Shown: positions 20,492 to 28,950 of the stretch, piece after piece
Layout of the letters: each line of letters starts with the position of its first letter
Numbering within the stretch: position 1 is the stretch's first letter
Virus record (IMG/VR): IMGVR_UViG_3300030329_003231
DNA length: 64,000 bases
Reading direction: 5' to 3' (one strand)
Source: an uncultured virus (IMG/VR IMGVR_UViG_3300030329_003231)
Taxonomy: Duplodnaviria; Heunggongvirae; Uroviricota; Caudoviricetes
Position numbers and translations under genes: made by a program
The notes under the pieces: generated by a model
Database searches by the model: none
Told to the model about the DNA's origin: nothing
The model's input: the letters and a program-made list of their open reading frames with translations, nothing else

Positions 20492-21080
20492 GTGTCTCTA
20501 CAATATTAAATGCCAAAGTAATTCTTTCTTTATTAACGGTCTGGGGTTCTACATGATGTAAAACTGAACTAGGAAACATTACCATCGTTCCATCTAATCC
20601 TTCATAAGCACAATCATACTGATCAAATATAGTAGGATGATTATGATTCTTATAGTATATCACACCTGAAAGAAATCCTGCATGATTATGTTGGGGATTA
20701 TCATCTCCTTTATATGCAAAGTTAGTCCAGATATCATACCCATCAAAATGTCCGTCCCATTTCCTCAACTTAAATGATCTATTCCCCTTTTCTCTTCCCC
20801 AATACTGTGCCGCCAATCTCAATACCCATGCTAACCAGAAAGAACTATCAACTAAACTAGGAGAGATAGAACACTGATATGAATTATGTTTCTTACCATC
20901 AATAGAAAGATACCCTACATTTTCATGGGCTTTCAGTGCTGCTAATGGACTGTTCTTAAACTTCTTACTTTCTTTTACCCATACATCCAATTCCTTCTGA
21001 ATCTGTTTGGGAATCTTAGTTACCATTACAGGACAGGAAGAACCTGGAAGTAACTTATACATATGGAGGATATCATTCAT
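20484..21080 (-). CDS. 2OG-Fe(II) oxygenase-like protein
   Basis: HNH...LSGVIY...GTMVMFPSSVLHHV...RITLAFN. Confidence 0.8.
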   Translation of the reverse strand: MNDILHMYKLLPGSSCPVMVTKIPKQIQKELDVWVKESKKFKNSPLAALKAHENVGYLSIDGKKHNSYQCSISPSLVDSSFWLAWVLRLAAQYWGREKGNRSFKLRKWDGHFDGYDIWTNFAYKGDDNPQHNHAGFLSGVIYYKNHNHPTIFDQYDCAYEGLDGTMVMFPSSVLHHVEPQTVNKERITLAFNIVETHG

Positions 21081-21136
21081 GCTAAAAAGTAATAAGGGTA
21101 AAAAATTACGGGGATTTTTTTTCGACTTTTTTGGAA

Positions 21137-21397
21137 TTAAATCGGCAATTTCGCACGGGAAGTCTTCTTCATAAAGTTTAACTGCTGTGCATCATACTTT
21201 ATCTTTTCTTTTAATGGTTTAGATATAAGTTTAGGTACAGATTCGACATCAATATTATTCTGATCACAAAAAAATACAATAGCATCAATATAATTCATGT
21301 CGGCGTTATTTAAAACAAGAGTCTCAATTTCCTCAGCAAAACGAGTAGAACAAAAGAACTTGCTCTCCATTACTTTTTCTAATTCATTCTTCGGCAT
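21137..21397 (-). CDS. gp33: Late transcription co-activator
   Basis: FAEEIE...YIDAIV...VPKLISKPLKEKIKYDA...LNF; start at MPKNELE. Confidence 0.85.
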   Translation of the reverse strand: MPKNELEKVMESKFFCSTRFAEEIETLVLNNADMNYIDAIVFFCDQNNIDVESVPKLISKPLKEKIKYDAQQLNFMKKTSRAKLPI

Positions 21398-22070
21398 TCT
21401 CTGTCCTAATATTGTTAGATACAAATTCTTTAATATACCTCACTAATAATTTAATATAATCCCCTTTATTCCTTTTGTCAAATACTTTTACTTCACCACC
21501 AGGAGTTACCATGATAGTGATTAATTTCTTAACAGGGATCTCAGTTAGTTCATAATAAGCAGCAGCATAGAAGGTCTCCTGAACGAAATAATTTTCCAAC
21601 CATTTCTCAGGTTTAATCTTTTCAGATGTCTTAAAATCTATGACTGCTAGCTCTCCTTCATACTCCGCTATACAATCAACTCTACCAGCAAGACCTAGGT
21701 ACTCAGAGTATAAAGTTCTTTCTATAGCGTGTATGTTATTTATCTTATCCAGATATGGAGTAGCATGATGAAACATAAACTTAGTAGCAGGAAGGTAATC
21801 CTCCCACACCAAATCTCTATTTTCCAAATATGCTTGAGCAGCTTCGTGAAAATCTGTGCCACGGGCAGTTGCTTTTCGGGTAATGGCATTTGCTTTTTCT
21901 TCTCCGATTCTCTTTCTCCACTCAACAAAAATCTGTCGATTGTAAAAGGAAGTCACTGATGTTATGGAAGGAACCCACTGACCATCAGGAAGTTCATAAA
22001 GTCTACATCCCGGAGTATCTTTCTTTTTTAATTCAAGATCACCTAAGTGATTACAATGTTCAAAAAACAT
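21384..22070 (-). CDS. PD-(D/E)XK exonuclease (Cas4/RecB-like, conserved in T4-like cyanophages)
   Basis: PSITSV...RGTDFH...AGRVDCIA...IDFKTS...Q...YA. Confidence 0.85.
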   Translation of the reverse strand: MFFEHCNHLGDLELKKKDTPGCRLYELPDGQWVPSITSVTSFYNRQIFVEWRKRIGEEKANAITRKATARGTDFHEAAQAYLENRDLVWEDYLPATKFMFHHATPYLDKINNIHAIERTLYSEYLGLAGRVDCIAEYEGELAVIDFKTSEKIKPEKWLENYFVQETFYAAAYYELTEIPVKKLITIMVTPGGEVKVFDKRNKGDYIKLLVRYIKEFVSNNIRTENAEE

Positions 22071-22657
22071 TAATCTAAAAAGGATACTAAGGTTAATCTA
22101 GAAGTAGCAAGAGAGTTTCCAAAAAAATTCTGTGCTCTATGAAAATTATGGGTAGGAAATAATATACTTCTATTAAATTTATTAGACATTTTTATTATCG
22201 GTGTGTAATGTGAATTTAACTTCCTTCTTATTCTAGCATATCTATAACGCTTTATCAAATTATAAGGGTCAGCCAGAAATGATGTCTTTAATTTTGTACA
22301 CAACCCCGGAGTTATAGAATCGGGAACCTGATCCCCATCACATATCTCGGTACCAGAATTTAGGGGAGGATCGAGAGACAAATAAATGATCATAATATAA
22401 GTATATCTGTCCGTATGATATACCCCCTCATCAAAGCGTTTATCTATCGATTGAAAGGAACACTGTGTTATTTCTAAAGAAAAATTTTGTGTAATGTGTC
22501 TGACGTAAGCAGTAATATAATTCTTAACTCCTTCTGGAACCTCACTGGATCTTCTTCCGGGATAATTATTAGGTTCACTTGCCGCATATTTTTGTCCAAG
22601 TGCTATTCTTCTAACTTCATAACCATCTTCAAGAAAATTATCACAAACATGAATCAT
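22070..22657 (-). CDS. 2OG-Fe(II) oxygenase-like protein (DUF6445-like)
   Basis: DNFL...YPGRRS...HTD...IYL...GT...FNR...FH...FG...RLTLVSF. Confidence 0.7.
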   Translation of the reverse strand: MIHVCDNFLEDGYEVRRIALGQKYAASEPNNYPGRRSSEVPEGVKNYITAYVRHITQNFSLEITQCSFQSIDKRFDEGVYHTDRYTYIMIIYLSLDPPLNSGTEICDGDQVPDSITPGLCTKLKTSFLADPYNLIKRYRYARIRRKLNSHYTPIIKMSNKFNRSILFPTHNFHRAQNFFGNSLATSRLTLVSFLD

Positions 22658-22676
22658 AACCCAACTTCCCTAATGA

Positions 22677-23168
22677 TTACAATGCTGGAACATAATTAAA
22701 ATTAACTACCACTCTTCTTTTTTCATCAGTACAAGTCACTCCTGCATGTTCTAAATTAGAATCAAAAATAACTATTCTGTTTGCTACACTCTTTACTCTA
22801 CCATCTTTCTTAAATTTTGTCCATCCATTATTAGTATTCATATAAAAAATAGCAGTCTTCCCTACGGGTAAACCAGGAAGGTCGATATGCCAAGTAGATT
22901 TCTTATGTGAAGAAGTTCTGTGATTAAGATTGGCTTTAATTCTATATAATTCCTTTATCCCTAACTTATATAAAATATTCTCCCAAATATCAAAAAAATT
23001 ACTAGCAACCCCAGAATTAAGATGGTAGAAACCATGAATAAATTGGTACCCTCCATCATCAGAGATAACAATTTGATCCTGGAAGTACCAAGGAAAATCA
23101 TTCCCCATTATAATAGATTCCAGTTGGTTAAATTGATTCTCTTCTAAAAAATTATCAATTACTTTCAT
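22677..23168 (-). CDS. 2OG-Fe(II) oxygenase-like protein
   Basis: HID...TAIFYMNTNNGWT...NRIVIFD...H...RVVVNFN. Confidence 0.8.
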   Translation of the reverse strand: MKVIDNFLEENQFNQLESIIMGNDFPWYFQDQIVISDDGGYQFIHGFYHLNSGVASNFFDIWENILYKLGIKELYRIKANLNHRTSSHKKSTWHIDLPGLPVGKTAIFYMNTNNGWTKFKKDGRVKSVANRIVIFDSNLEHAGVTCTDEKRRVVVNFNYVPAL

Positions 23169-23171
23169 TCA

Positions 23172-23924
23172 TTATAAATTTAATTCCATTTTGGCAAGAA
23201 TGTATTCCTTACATAGTCCCGAACGAACTATATCTTCTACTCCAAATTCAATTAGATGAACCGATGGCATTAACCTAAGTACTCTCATGAAATCTACTAC
23301 CCCATTCCTTTCATTCTGTTTTACTAAATCTGATTGAGTAGCATCTCCACAGAACATAATCTTAGAATCTTCACCGATCCTTGTCATTATACTATCCAAT
23401 TCATGGAAGTTTAAGTTTTGATATTCATCTACAATCACAATTGTTCTATCAAAAGTTGTTCCACGTATGAATGAGGTGCTCCAAAAGTCAATAGTTCCTT
23501 GTGCTTTCAAATTAGAATAAAGCATTTGGAAATCTGCCTCGGTTGGCATCTCAAACATATATTTCACCATATGTTTGTAAGGGATTTGATAAAGTGAGGA
23601 CTTGTCTTCATGATCACCAGGAAGAAAACCAATTTCACGGGTAGCAACGAGAGACCTAACAATATAAATTTTTTCGTAAGGAGTTGTTTCATCTAAAACT
23701 TCTTTGAGTGCGTTGTAAAGTGTAATAAAAGTCTTACCTGTACCAGCACACCCAAATGCCACAAGATTTTTATCCTGTGCATAGGATTCAAACAAAGTTT
23801 GTTGGTTCTGAGTGAGAGGCTCAATGTCTCTCATTAAATCAGTATTAATAGGTTTCTTTCTCTTCATCTGCTTAGCCGTCATTCCAACCCCAATAGGGTC
23901 TGTAGTCTTCTTTTTACGTGGCAT
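23172..23924 (-). CDS. phoH: PhoH-family ATPase
   Basis: GCAGTGKT Walker A, IGFLPG, RGTTF, IVDEYQN, CGDATQSD, IVRSG. Confidence 0.95.
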   Translation of the reverse strand: MPRKKKTTDPIGVGMTAKQMKRKKPINTDLMRDIEPLTQNQQTLFESYAQDKNLVAFGCAGTGKTFITLYNALKEVLDETTPYEKIYIVRSLVATREIGFLPGDHEDKSSLYQIPYKHMVKYMFEMPTEADFQMLYSNLKAQGTIDFWSTSFIRGTTFDRTIVIVDEYQNLNFHELDSIMTRIGEDSKIMFCGDATQSDLVKQNERNGVVDFMRVLRLMPSVHLIEFGVEDIVRSGLCKEYILAKMELNL

Positions 23925-23926
23925 AC

Positions 23927-24169
23927 TTAAACAGGTCTTACATTAGATCCAGGAACTTTGGATGCTTTATACAACACATCGTTCCAACCTGGATGGGCTT
24001 TCTTCAACTTATCATAAGTTTCTCCCACTTCTCCAACGCCAGCAACCCCCGCTGACCAATCTTTATCCCAATCAGGATTTTCTTTTCTCCACTCATCGTA
24101 TGCCAACATTGACATAGAGAGTTCTTTCTTTTCACCAGTTTCTTTATGTTTTACAGGATATGTAGGCAT
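23927..24169 (-). CDS. Conserved cyanophage hypothetical protein
   Basis: 80 aa MPTYPV...GWNDVL...PGS; tightly packed between thyX and phoH. Confidence 0.7.
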   Translation of the reverse strand: MPTYPVKHKETGEKKELSMSMLAYDEWRKENPDWDKDWSAGVAGVGEVGETYDKLKKAHPGWNDVLYKASKVPGSNVRPV

Positions 24170-24192
24170 ATGCTAATAATGTTTACGATTAT

Positions 24193-24846
24193 TTATGAAA
24201 CCCAGTCAAGGGCTTGGGCAACAATAGGAAATTGTTCTATGAAGATCTTACGAACATTCTCTACAAGATCCATATGTTCTTTTTGTGTACCATGGGCTGA
24301 ACGTAATTCAATATAATGAATCCAAGATCGTACTGAACCAGTCATATACAATCTGGTAGGAGTAGCAAGAGGAAGCACAAACCTTGCACATTCTTTTGCT
24401 ATACCATCATGAAGCATCTCTTTATAAAGATCGATGGAGGCATCAAACTGTGCTCTCATCTTCTTATTATACTTCTCAACGATTGAAGGATCCACATCAT
24501 CAATACTATTCTGTCTATTCTTATCATCTTGACTGCGGAGTTCAGGTAAAGGTATATGCTCCCTAAGATAAGATACATCCGCATACCTTTGAGAAAACTC
24601 TTGGTATGTAAATGATCTATGTCTTAATATTTGGGCTGCAAGACCACGAGTAGTATTAATCTCTACTGTCATGTGTGCCTGTTCAAAGACACTCCAATGC
24701 CCGTGTTTAATACAATAAGATAAAAGACCAGCAACCTTAGGATTCTCCTGGTTATTAGGGTTACTCACACGAGCAACATACCCCATCGTCTTCTCAGCAT
24801 CTGGGGTTACACTTACAAGTTTAATCTGCGTATCCGTCGTCGTCAT
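24193..24846 (-). CDS. thyX: Flavin-dependent thymidylate synthase
   Basis: HWSVFE, QILRHRSFTYQEFSQRY ThyX motif; start set at MTTTDTQIK. Confidence 0.95.
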   Translation of the reverse strand: MTTTDTQIKLVSVTPDAEKTMGYVARVSNPNNQENPKVAGLLSYCIKHGHWSVFEQAHMTVEINTTRGLAAQILRHRSFTYQEFSQRYADVSYLREHIPLPELRSQDDKNRQNSIDDVDPSIVEKYNKKMRAQFDASIDLYKEMLHDGIAKECARFVLPLATPTRLYMTGSVRSWIHYIELRSAHGTQKEHMDLVENVRKIFIEQFPIVAQALDWVS

Positions 24847-24997
24847 CAAAGACCTCATCATAATCGGTAATTTTTCCAGCAAATGCTTTGGAATTTTGGT
24901 AAGCATCTACATCAGAATATACTTCTGATTCTAGTGCATCAACCAAAGACTTAAGATTTCTTACAATCAATTTAAGTCTTTCTCTGGAAGGATCCAT
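24821..24997 (-). CDS. Small acidic hypothetical protein (58 aa, below the ORF-track cutoff)
   Basis: Manual translation MDPSRERLKLIVRNLKSLVDALESEVYSDVDAY...DYDEVFDDDDGYAD; directly downstream of a promoter. Confidence 0.7.
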   Translation of the reverse strand: MDPSRERLKLIVRNLKSLVDALESEVYSDVDAYQNSKAFAGKITDYDEVFDDDDGYAD

Positions 24998-25017
24998 GGC
25001 TTTATTTTTATTTAGAT

Positions 25018-25046
25018 ATTATAAGCATAAAAAAAGAAGGGGTCAA
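25018..25046 (-). promoter_or_regulatory. Sigma70 promoter embedded in a terminator
   Basis: TTGACC-17 nt-TATAAT, with the -35 box in the hairpin loop. Confidence 0.7.
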
Positions 25047-25056
25047 GCCCCTTCTT
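25028..25056 (-). terminator. Rho-independent terminator after the DUF4278 gene
   Basis: AAGAAGGGG-CTTGA-CCCCTTCTT followed by a T-tract. Confidence 0.8.
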
Positions 25057-25077
25057 CACTTAATCCAAGTAAGTAGA

Positions 25078-25221
25078 TTAGCTCTTAGAAGCGAACTTAC
25101 GTTCGTGTCGAATACCACGATACATTAAATCGTGATTTCTTTTTTGAGCTTCTTCAGCGAGTACTTTCTTGTTGTACTCTTCGGTGTCATACTCGACACC
25201 ACGGTATGTGACTTTTGCCAT
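25078..25221 (-). CDS. DUF4278-family peptide (47 aa; family related to the glutamine synthetase inactivating factor IF17 N-terminus)
   Basis: MAKVTYRGVEYD...LMYRGIRH: two YRG(V/I) motifs; GGAG RBS; downstream of glutamine riboswitches. Confidence 0.8.
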   Translation of the reverse strand: MAKVTYRGVEYDTEEYNKKVLAEEAQKRNHDLMYRGIRHERKFASKS

Positions 25222-25253
25222 TGGCTTTCTCCAAAGGTAGGGTGGATTAAACC

Positions 25254-25296
25254 CGTTCCTTCAGTCGGCTTTTGCGTCCTCCGAAGAGGATGAACG
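25254..25296 (-). ncRNA. Glutamine riboswitch aptamer (glnA RNA motif), gene-proximal copy
   Basis: CGTTCATCCTC-TTCG-GAGGACGCAAAAGCCGACTGAAGGAACG; P1 CGTTC/GAACG and P2 stem present. Confidence 0.8.
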
Positions 25297-25299
25297 ATC

Positions 25300-25343
25300 C
25301 GTTCCGAGTCGGCTTACTTGCGTCTCCTGTTTAGAGATGAACG
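25300..25343 (-). ncRNA. Glutamine riboswitch aptamer (glnA RNA motif), 5' copy
   Basis: CGTTCATCTCT-AAAC-AGGAGACGCAAGTAAGCCGACTCGGAACG; tandem with the second copy via a 3-nt linker. Confidence 0.75.
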
Positions 25344-25366
25344 TATGGATATGCTAACATATCTGT

Positions 25367-25397
25367 ATTATATATGCAAGTTGGTATTCGTTGATAC
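25367..25397 (-). promoter_or_regulatory. -10 box (TATAAT, 25367-25372) with NtcA-type box GTA-N8-TAC (25384-25397) in the -35 position
   Basis: GTATCAACGAATAC on the - strand, 11 nt upstream of TATAAT. Confidence 0.6.
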
Positions 25398-25421
25398 CAT
25401 TTAGTATCAATGTGATACAGT

Positions 25422-25616
25422 TTATTCATAATATGTAACGTCTTCTCCTACTGTATTAGGACATAATAAAGCAGAAGCTAACTCTCTTGCATGAGGATTC
25501 GCATCACATAACTTTTTCATCCAAATTCTTTCTTCTAAGGAAACTGGTACACCATCATCTGTTATCATTCTACAACAGATATCAGTGAGTTCTAACCTGT
25601 ACTTAGTACTTAACAT
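25422..25616 (-). CDS. Conserved cyanophage hypothetical protein
   Basis: MLSTKYRLELTDICCRM...EERIWM. Confidence 0.6.
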   Translation of the reverse strand: MLSTKYRLELTDICCRMITDDGVPVSLEERIWMKKLCDANPHARELASALLCPNTVGEDVTYYE

Positions 25617-25644
25617 AGTCCAAAACCATAGTCGGTAAGTGTCT

Positions 25645-26166
25645 CTAAAATGCATTTATAACCAAGGGAAGAAGGTAATGTTCTGCCTGTTGAATTGCTC
25701 TCTGTAATGACTCCACCGTGTCACCAGGAAGAATAGGAACGGGTTGCTGTTTAATTATAGCCCCAGAATCTAGCTCTTCTGTTACAAAATGAACAGTAGC
25801 ACCCGTCTCAGTTTCACCTGCTTTCATTGCCTGTTCAATGGCATGTAACCCCTTATACTTAGGTAATAAAGATGGGTGAAGATTAATAAGTCTTCCCGCA
25901 AATGCTTCACAGAATTTCTTAGAAACCACTCTCATCCACCCGGCCATTACAATAAGATCTACTTGATGAGCCTCAAAGATCTTAATAATAAGATGCTCAT
26001 CCTTACTAGCAATACGAATAGATTTGATACCCAATCTATCTGCTCTCTTCTGAGCACCACATTTCTTTTTATTATATACCATGAGTACTACCTCATGGTC
26101 AGGACAGGAATGGACAATGTTCTCAAAGTTTGTTCCTTCTCCGGAACACATCACTCCTATTCTCAT
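25645..26166 (-). CDS. purN: Phosphoribosylglycinamide formyltransferase
   Basis: GVMCSGEGTN, LIVMAGWMR, INLHPSLLPKYKG, GATVHFVTEELDSG. Confidence 0.95.
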   Translation of the reverse strand: MRIGVMCSGEGTNFENIVHSCPDHEVVLMVYNKKKCGAQKRADRLGIKSIRIASKDEHLIIKIFEAHQVDLIVMAGWMRVVSKKFCEAFAGRLINLHPSLLPKYKGLHAIEQAMKAGETETGATVHFVTEELDSGAIIKQQPVPILPGDTVESLQRAIQQAEHYLLPLVINAF

Positions 26167-26489
26167 GGTTGACTCCAATCCTCATAAGGTGGTTCTTCTT
26201 CATCCACACGATACTTAAATTGATCAGTGTCAAAGTATGAAGATGGTAAAGGTTTCACATCATCATATGGTCCCTTCAATCTCTTTTTATACTCACGTTC
26301 ATCTAAGACTTCATTGATAAGTATCTTCATCTCCTTTACATAATCAGGAGTAAATAACCTACGAGGGGTAACCTGCATAGGTTTGTGCTTCGCATTCTTT
26401 CCACCTTTTGCTTTCCATTCTGCCAATTGTTCAGGGGTCATGGGAGTACCCATCCCCTGTGTATCAATCTTGCTTGAGCTGTCTGCCAT
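26163..26489 (-). CDS. Hypothetical protein
   Basis: ORF in packed operon; start at MADSSSK. Confidence 0.55.
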   Translation of the reverse strand: MADSSSKIDTQGMGTPMTPEQLAEWKAKGGKNAKHKPMQVTPRRLFTPDYVKEMKILINEVLDEREYKKRLKGPYDDVKPLPSSYFDTDQFKYRVDEEEPPYEDWSQP

Positions 26490-26754
26490 TTTTATCAACT
26501 AATCCCATTTGTTTTACTTGATGTAAATTAGATTTCTTCTGACGTTTCTTAATCTTCTTATATTCTTTAAGTAATCTCTCTACTTCTGTATTAGATATGT
26601 TAACTTTTAATTCATCCTCATCCTCTTTCTCAACGAAACCCAGACCACTTTTTTCAGATTCTTCTTTCTGATCTACATAATCATTAATTCCTTCTTGTAT
26701 TTCATCCCGTATTAGCTCATGAATCTGAGCTCTAATTATATCATCTTCGTTCAT
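26464..26754 (-). CDS. Hypothetical protein
   Basis: 96 aa charged ORF, ATGA overlap. Confidence 0.6.
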   Translation of the reverse strand: MNEDDIIRAQIHELIRDEIQEGINDYVDQKEESEKSGLGFVEKEDEDELKVNISNTEVERLLKEYKKIKKRQKKSNLHQVKQMGLVDKNGRQLKQD

Positions 26755-27116
26755 CCCTTTCTCCTCTTCTTTTTTTCGGGTTGTTTATATCCATATTGAC
26801 TAGGATTCACTGTACCATGACCATAATCAATCCTCTGGACTGCACCTTTCCCATATTTATCATAATAAAGATCAAAAACATTTACCATTTTACCTGACCG
26901 AGTAACATCTAAACGGGTCTCCCCTTCTACCACATAGGTAACATTAAAAGCATCACTGGGAAGTTTTCTATCATCTGCTTTTTCTTTGGTAGTTTTCTCT
27001 AAAAGAATTTCGCAAGAATAATCAGAAGGATTAATCTTGCTTTTTTCTTCTTCTTGCTTTTTCTCTGTCACTTCTTCTCCTCTCTTAACCGTCTTCCCAC
27101 CTACATTAATTCCCAT
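26751..27116 (-). CDS. Conserved cyanophage hypothetical protein
   Basis: 121 aa; FDLYYDKYG...IDYGHGTVNP. Confidence 0.65.
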   Translation of the reverse strand: MGINVGGKTVKRGEEVTEKKQEEEKSKINPSDYSCEILLEKTTKEKADDRKLPSDAFNVTYVVEGETRLDVTRSGKMVNVFDLYYDKYGKGAVQRIDYGHGTVNPSQYGYKQPEKKKRRKG

Positions 27117-27118
27117 GA

Positions 27119-27721
27119 TTACTTACTCCATGTCATCTTTGGAAAGGCTTGCTTAACCACACCCCAAGTTATCTTATATTGACTTTCCAAGTCCTTATCT
27201 TTGACTAAACAAAGAACTTCTGCTTCTCTAGGATGCAACCCACGTAGAAGATTAATAAACATCATTTCTCTACGAGTTTGTGTAAGTGTATCATTACCTC
27301 CTTTAATATAATGATAAAGATTCTTCCACTCTCTGCGTAAAGAAGTCCTTCCCCTACCATCTAAGTCCTGTCCTGTCGCTGATTGCCCTCCTGCTGCCTC
27401 TCTACGAAGATTTTCTGATAAACTACCAGCATATGCTGTTTGCTCCTCTGGCTCGGCATAGGGGACTTCTCCTGGTGGTAACAGACTTACAAGACCAGGA
27501 TCAAAATTCCATTTTAAAATAGACTTTAATGCATCATGCTCATAAGTGGTTAAAACCTGCACCTTTTTGGCATTAGATTTCTGCTTAGTTACTAAATCTA
27601 ATATTTCAAATACAAAAGGATTAGTAGGAAGACTATCTACTGCGGGTACAGGTTTAGGAAGACCTGCTTTCAAAGTTCTACTCTTTCTAGTCGTCGTCTT
27701 CTTCTTCGGTGTTGTTGTCAT
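27119..27721 (-). CDS. Conserved T4-like phage protein (DUF6433-like)
   Basis: WNFDP...LPPGEVPY...RREMMFINLLRGLHPREAEVL...KDK. Confidence 0.65.
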   Translation of the reverse strand: MTTTPKKKTTTRKSRTLKAGLPKPVPAVDSLPTNPFVFEILDLVTKQKSNAKKVQVLTTYEHDALKSILKWNFDPGLVSLLPPGEVPYAEPEEQTAYAGSLSENLRREAAGGQSATGQDLDGRGRTSLRREWKNLYHYIKGGNDTLTQTRREMMFINLLRGLHPREAEVLCLVKDKDLESQYKITWGVVKQAFPKMTWSK

Positions 27722-27923
27722 AATTGTTTTCAAATCGAACTGCTACAATTTCATCAGGAACAAGGTGTCCATTCTCATCAAACATTTCTGGATGAGTATA
27801 CACTATTTGGGGTGTAGTTTCGTAAGAATGTTGTCTTGCCATCCATCCTATCATACCTCCTACTAATAATGCAAGAAATGAAACTACGGTTGTCAAAGTT
27901 AATGTTACTATGGTCGTTTCCAT
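27687..27923 (-). CDS. Small single-pass membrane protein
   Basis: TM helix followed by HPEMFDENG. Confidence 0.65.
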   Translation of the reverse strand: METTIVTLTLTTVVSFLALLVGGMIGWMARQHSYETTPQIVYTHPEMFDENGHLVPDEIVAVRFENNYDNNTEEEDDD

Positions 27924-27939
27924 GGCATCCCCCAGAGAG

Positions 27940-28122
27940 TTATTTTTTCTTAATGTCCAAAGAAAAAGTGATCTCCCTGTTGAAGAAAGAAAACTTAACT
28001 TGGAAGGTTTTAGACTTCGGTTTCTTCCTCCTATTGCGTAACAACAATTCCACCCCTCTGTTTATTTCCAGAGGTTTGTCTTTATTTAGAGTCTTTTTTT
28101 CGTCTTCCCGGTCTGCGGTCAT
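27940..28122 (-). CDS. Small basic hypothetical protein (start uncertain)
   Basis: INRGVELLLRNRRKKP; fills the operon gap. Confidence 0.45.
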   Translation of the reverse strand: MTADREDEKKTLNKDKPLEINRGVELLLRNRRKKPKSKTFQVKFSFFNREITFSLDIKKK

Positions 28123-28441
28123 AACTATACCTCGCTGCATCTTCAAGAATGCCTCCCAAATAATTCATTATTTTTCTTGCCTGAGGTTTGGGAATATGCC
28201 CATATGCCTCACGCAATTGCTGATGATTACTATCACGACCTCCTTTAATATATTCTTTAAGTTCTAATACTTCATCAGCAAGTTCCTTAGCAGTAGAACT
28301 ATGAAGAAAAGCATCAATCTCTGTCTTTGTTGTCTTACGATACTTCAAGAACTCATAGAACTTGAGTTGCATTTTCCCCTCGAAAGCATACTCAATGGCA
28401 TGTTCTATCATATCATATACATTTTCAAAGTCGTCTTTCAT
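28082..28441 (-). CDS. Conserved cyanophage hypothetical protein
   Basis: QLREAYGHIPKPQARKI. Confidence 0.65.
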   Translation of the reverse strand: MKDDFENVYDMIEHAIEYAFEGKMQLKFYEFLKYRKTTKTEIDAFLHSSTAKELADEVLELKEYIKGGRDSNHQQLREAYGHIPKPQARKIMNYLGGILEDAARYSYDRRPGRRKKDSK

Positions 28442-28689
28442 TAGACCAAATTCTTTTCTTTAAGGTATTGTACAGTATCAGTGCAACCCCCTAGATTATC
28501 TCCATTTAAAACAACCTGAGGGAAGGTAGAACCTTCACCAAACTGTTGATAAAAACTTGGGCGATCAAAGTCCCTATCGAGTTTATATATAACATGCCTT
28601 AATTCAGCAAGCTTTAATACCTCTTCAATTTTAACACAGTAAGGGCAACCTTCACGAGAATAAACCGTAAAATTTTGAAGTTCGGACAT
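28441..28689 (-). CDS. nrdC: Glutaredoxin
   Basis: CPYC active site, TFPQV, LGG. Confidence 0.9.
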   Translation of the reverse strand: MSELQNFTVYSREGCPYCVKIEEVLKLAELRHVIYKLDRDFDRPSFYQQFGEGSTFPQVVLNGDNLGGCTDTVQYLKEKNLV

Positions 28690-28704
28690 AGTTTATTAAA
28701 AATT

Positions 28705-28950
28705 TTATTTAGTGTTAATGTCGTATTCTATAATGACTTTTTTGCTCGATCTCCCACTAGAGTCTAAAGTAATAACCTCAGACCATTCTCCTTTGAGTAA
28801 ATTTTCCATTACTCTCTTATCTAATCCACACATTTGCACACAATTCTCAACTGACTTACGAACTGAACCTAAACCATCCGGATAAACTTGAACTTTAAAT
28901 CCATGTTTATCTAACTCATTACCCTCTTCATCATAATGTTTGTCACTCAT
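28705..28950 (-). CDS. Hypothetical protein
   Basis: 81 aa ORF, TAATG coupling. Confidence 0.55.
   Translation of the reverse strand: MSDKHYDEEGNELDKHGFKVQVYPDGLGSVRKSVENCVQMCGLDKRVMENLLKGEWSEVITLDSSGRSSKKVIIEYDINTK

Noticed and set aside
21384..22070. Cas4-like nuclease as a sign of a CRISPR system
   Set aside because: No repeat-spacer array or other cas genes; this exonuclease is a core gene next to gp33 in T4-like cyanophages
24847..24906. N-terminal extension of thyX in the ORF track
   Set aside because: TTG/ATG extension overlaps a better-supported 58-aa gene; similar over-extensions were trimmed for gp32, gp33, hli and the beta-barrel gene
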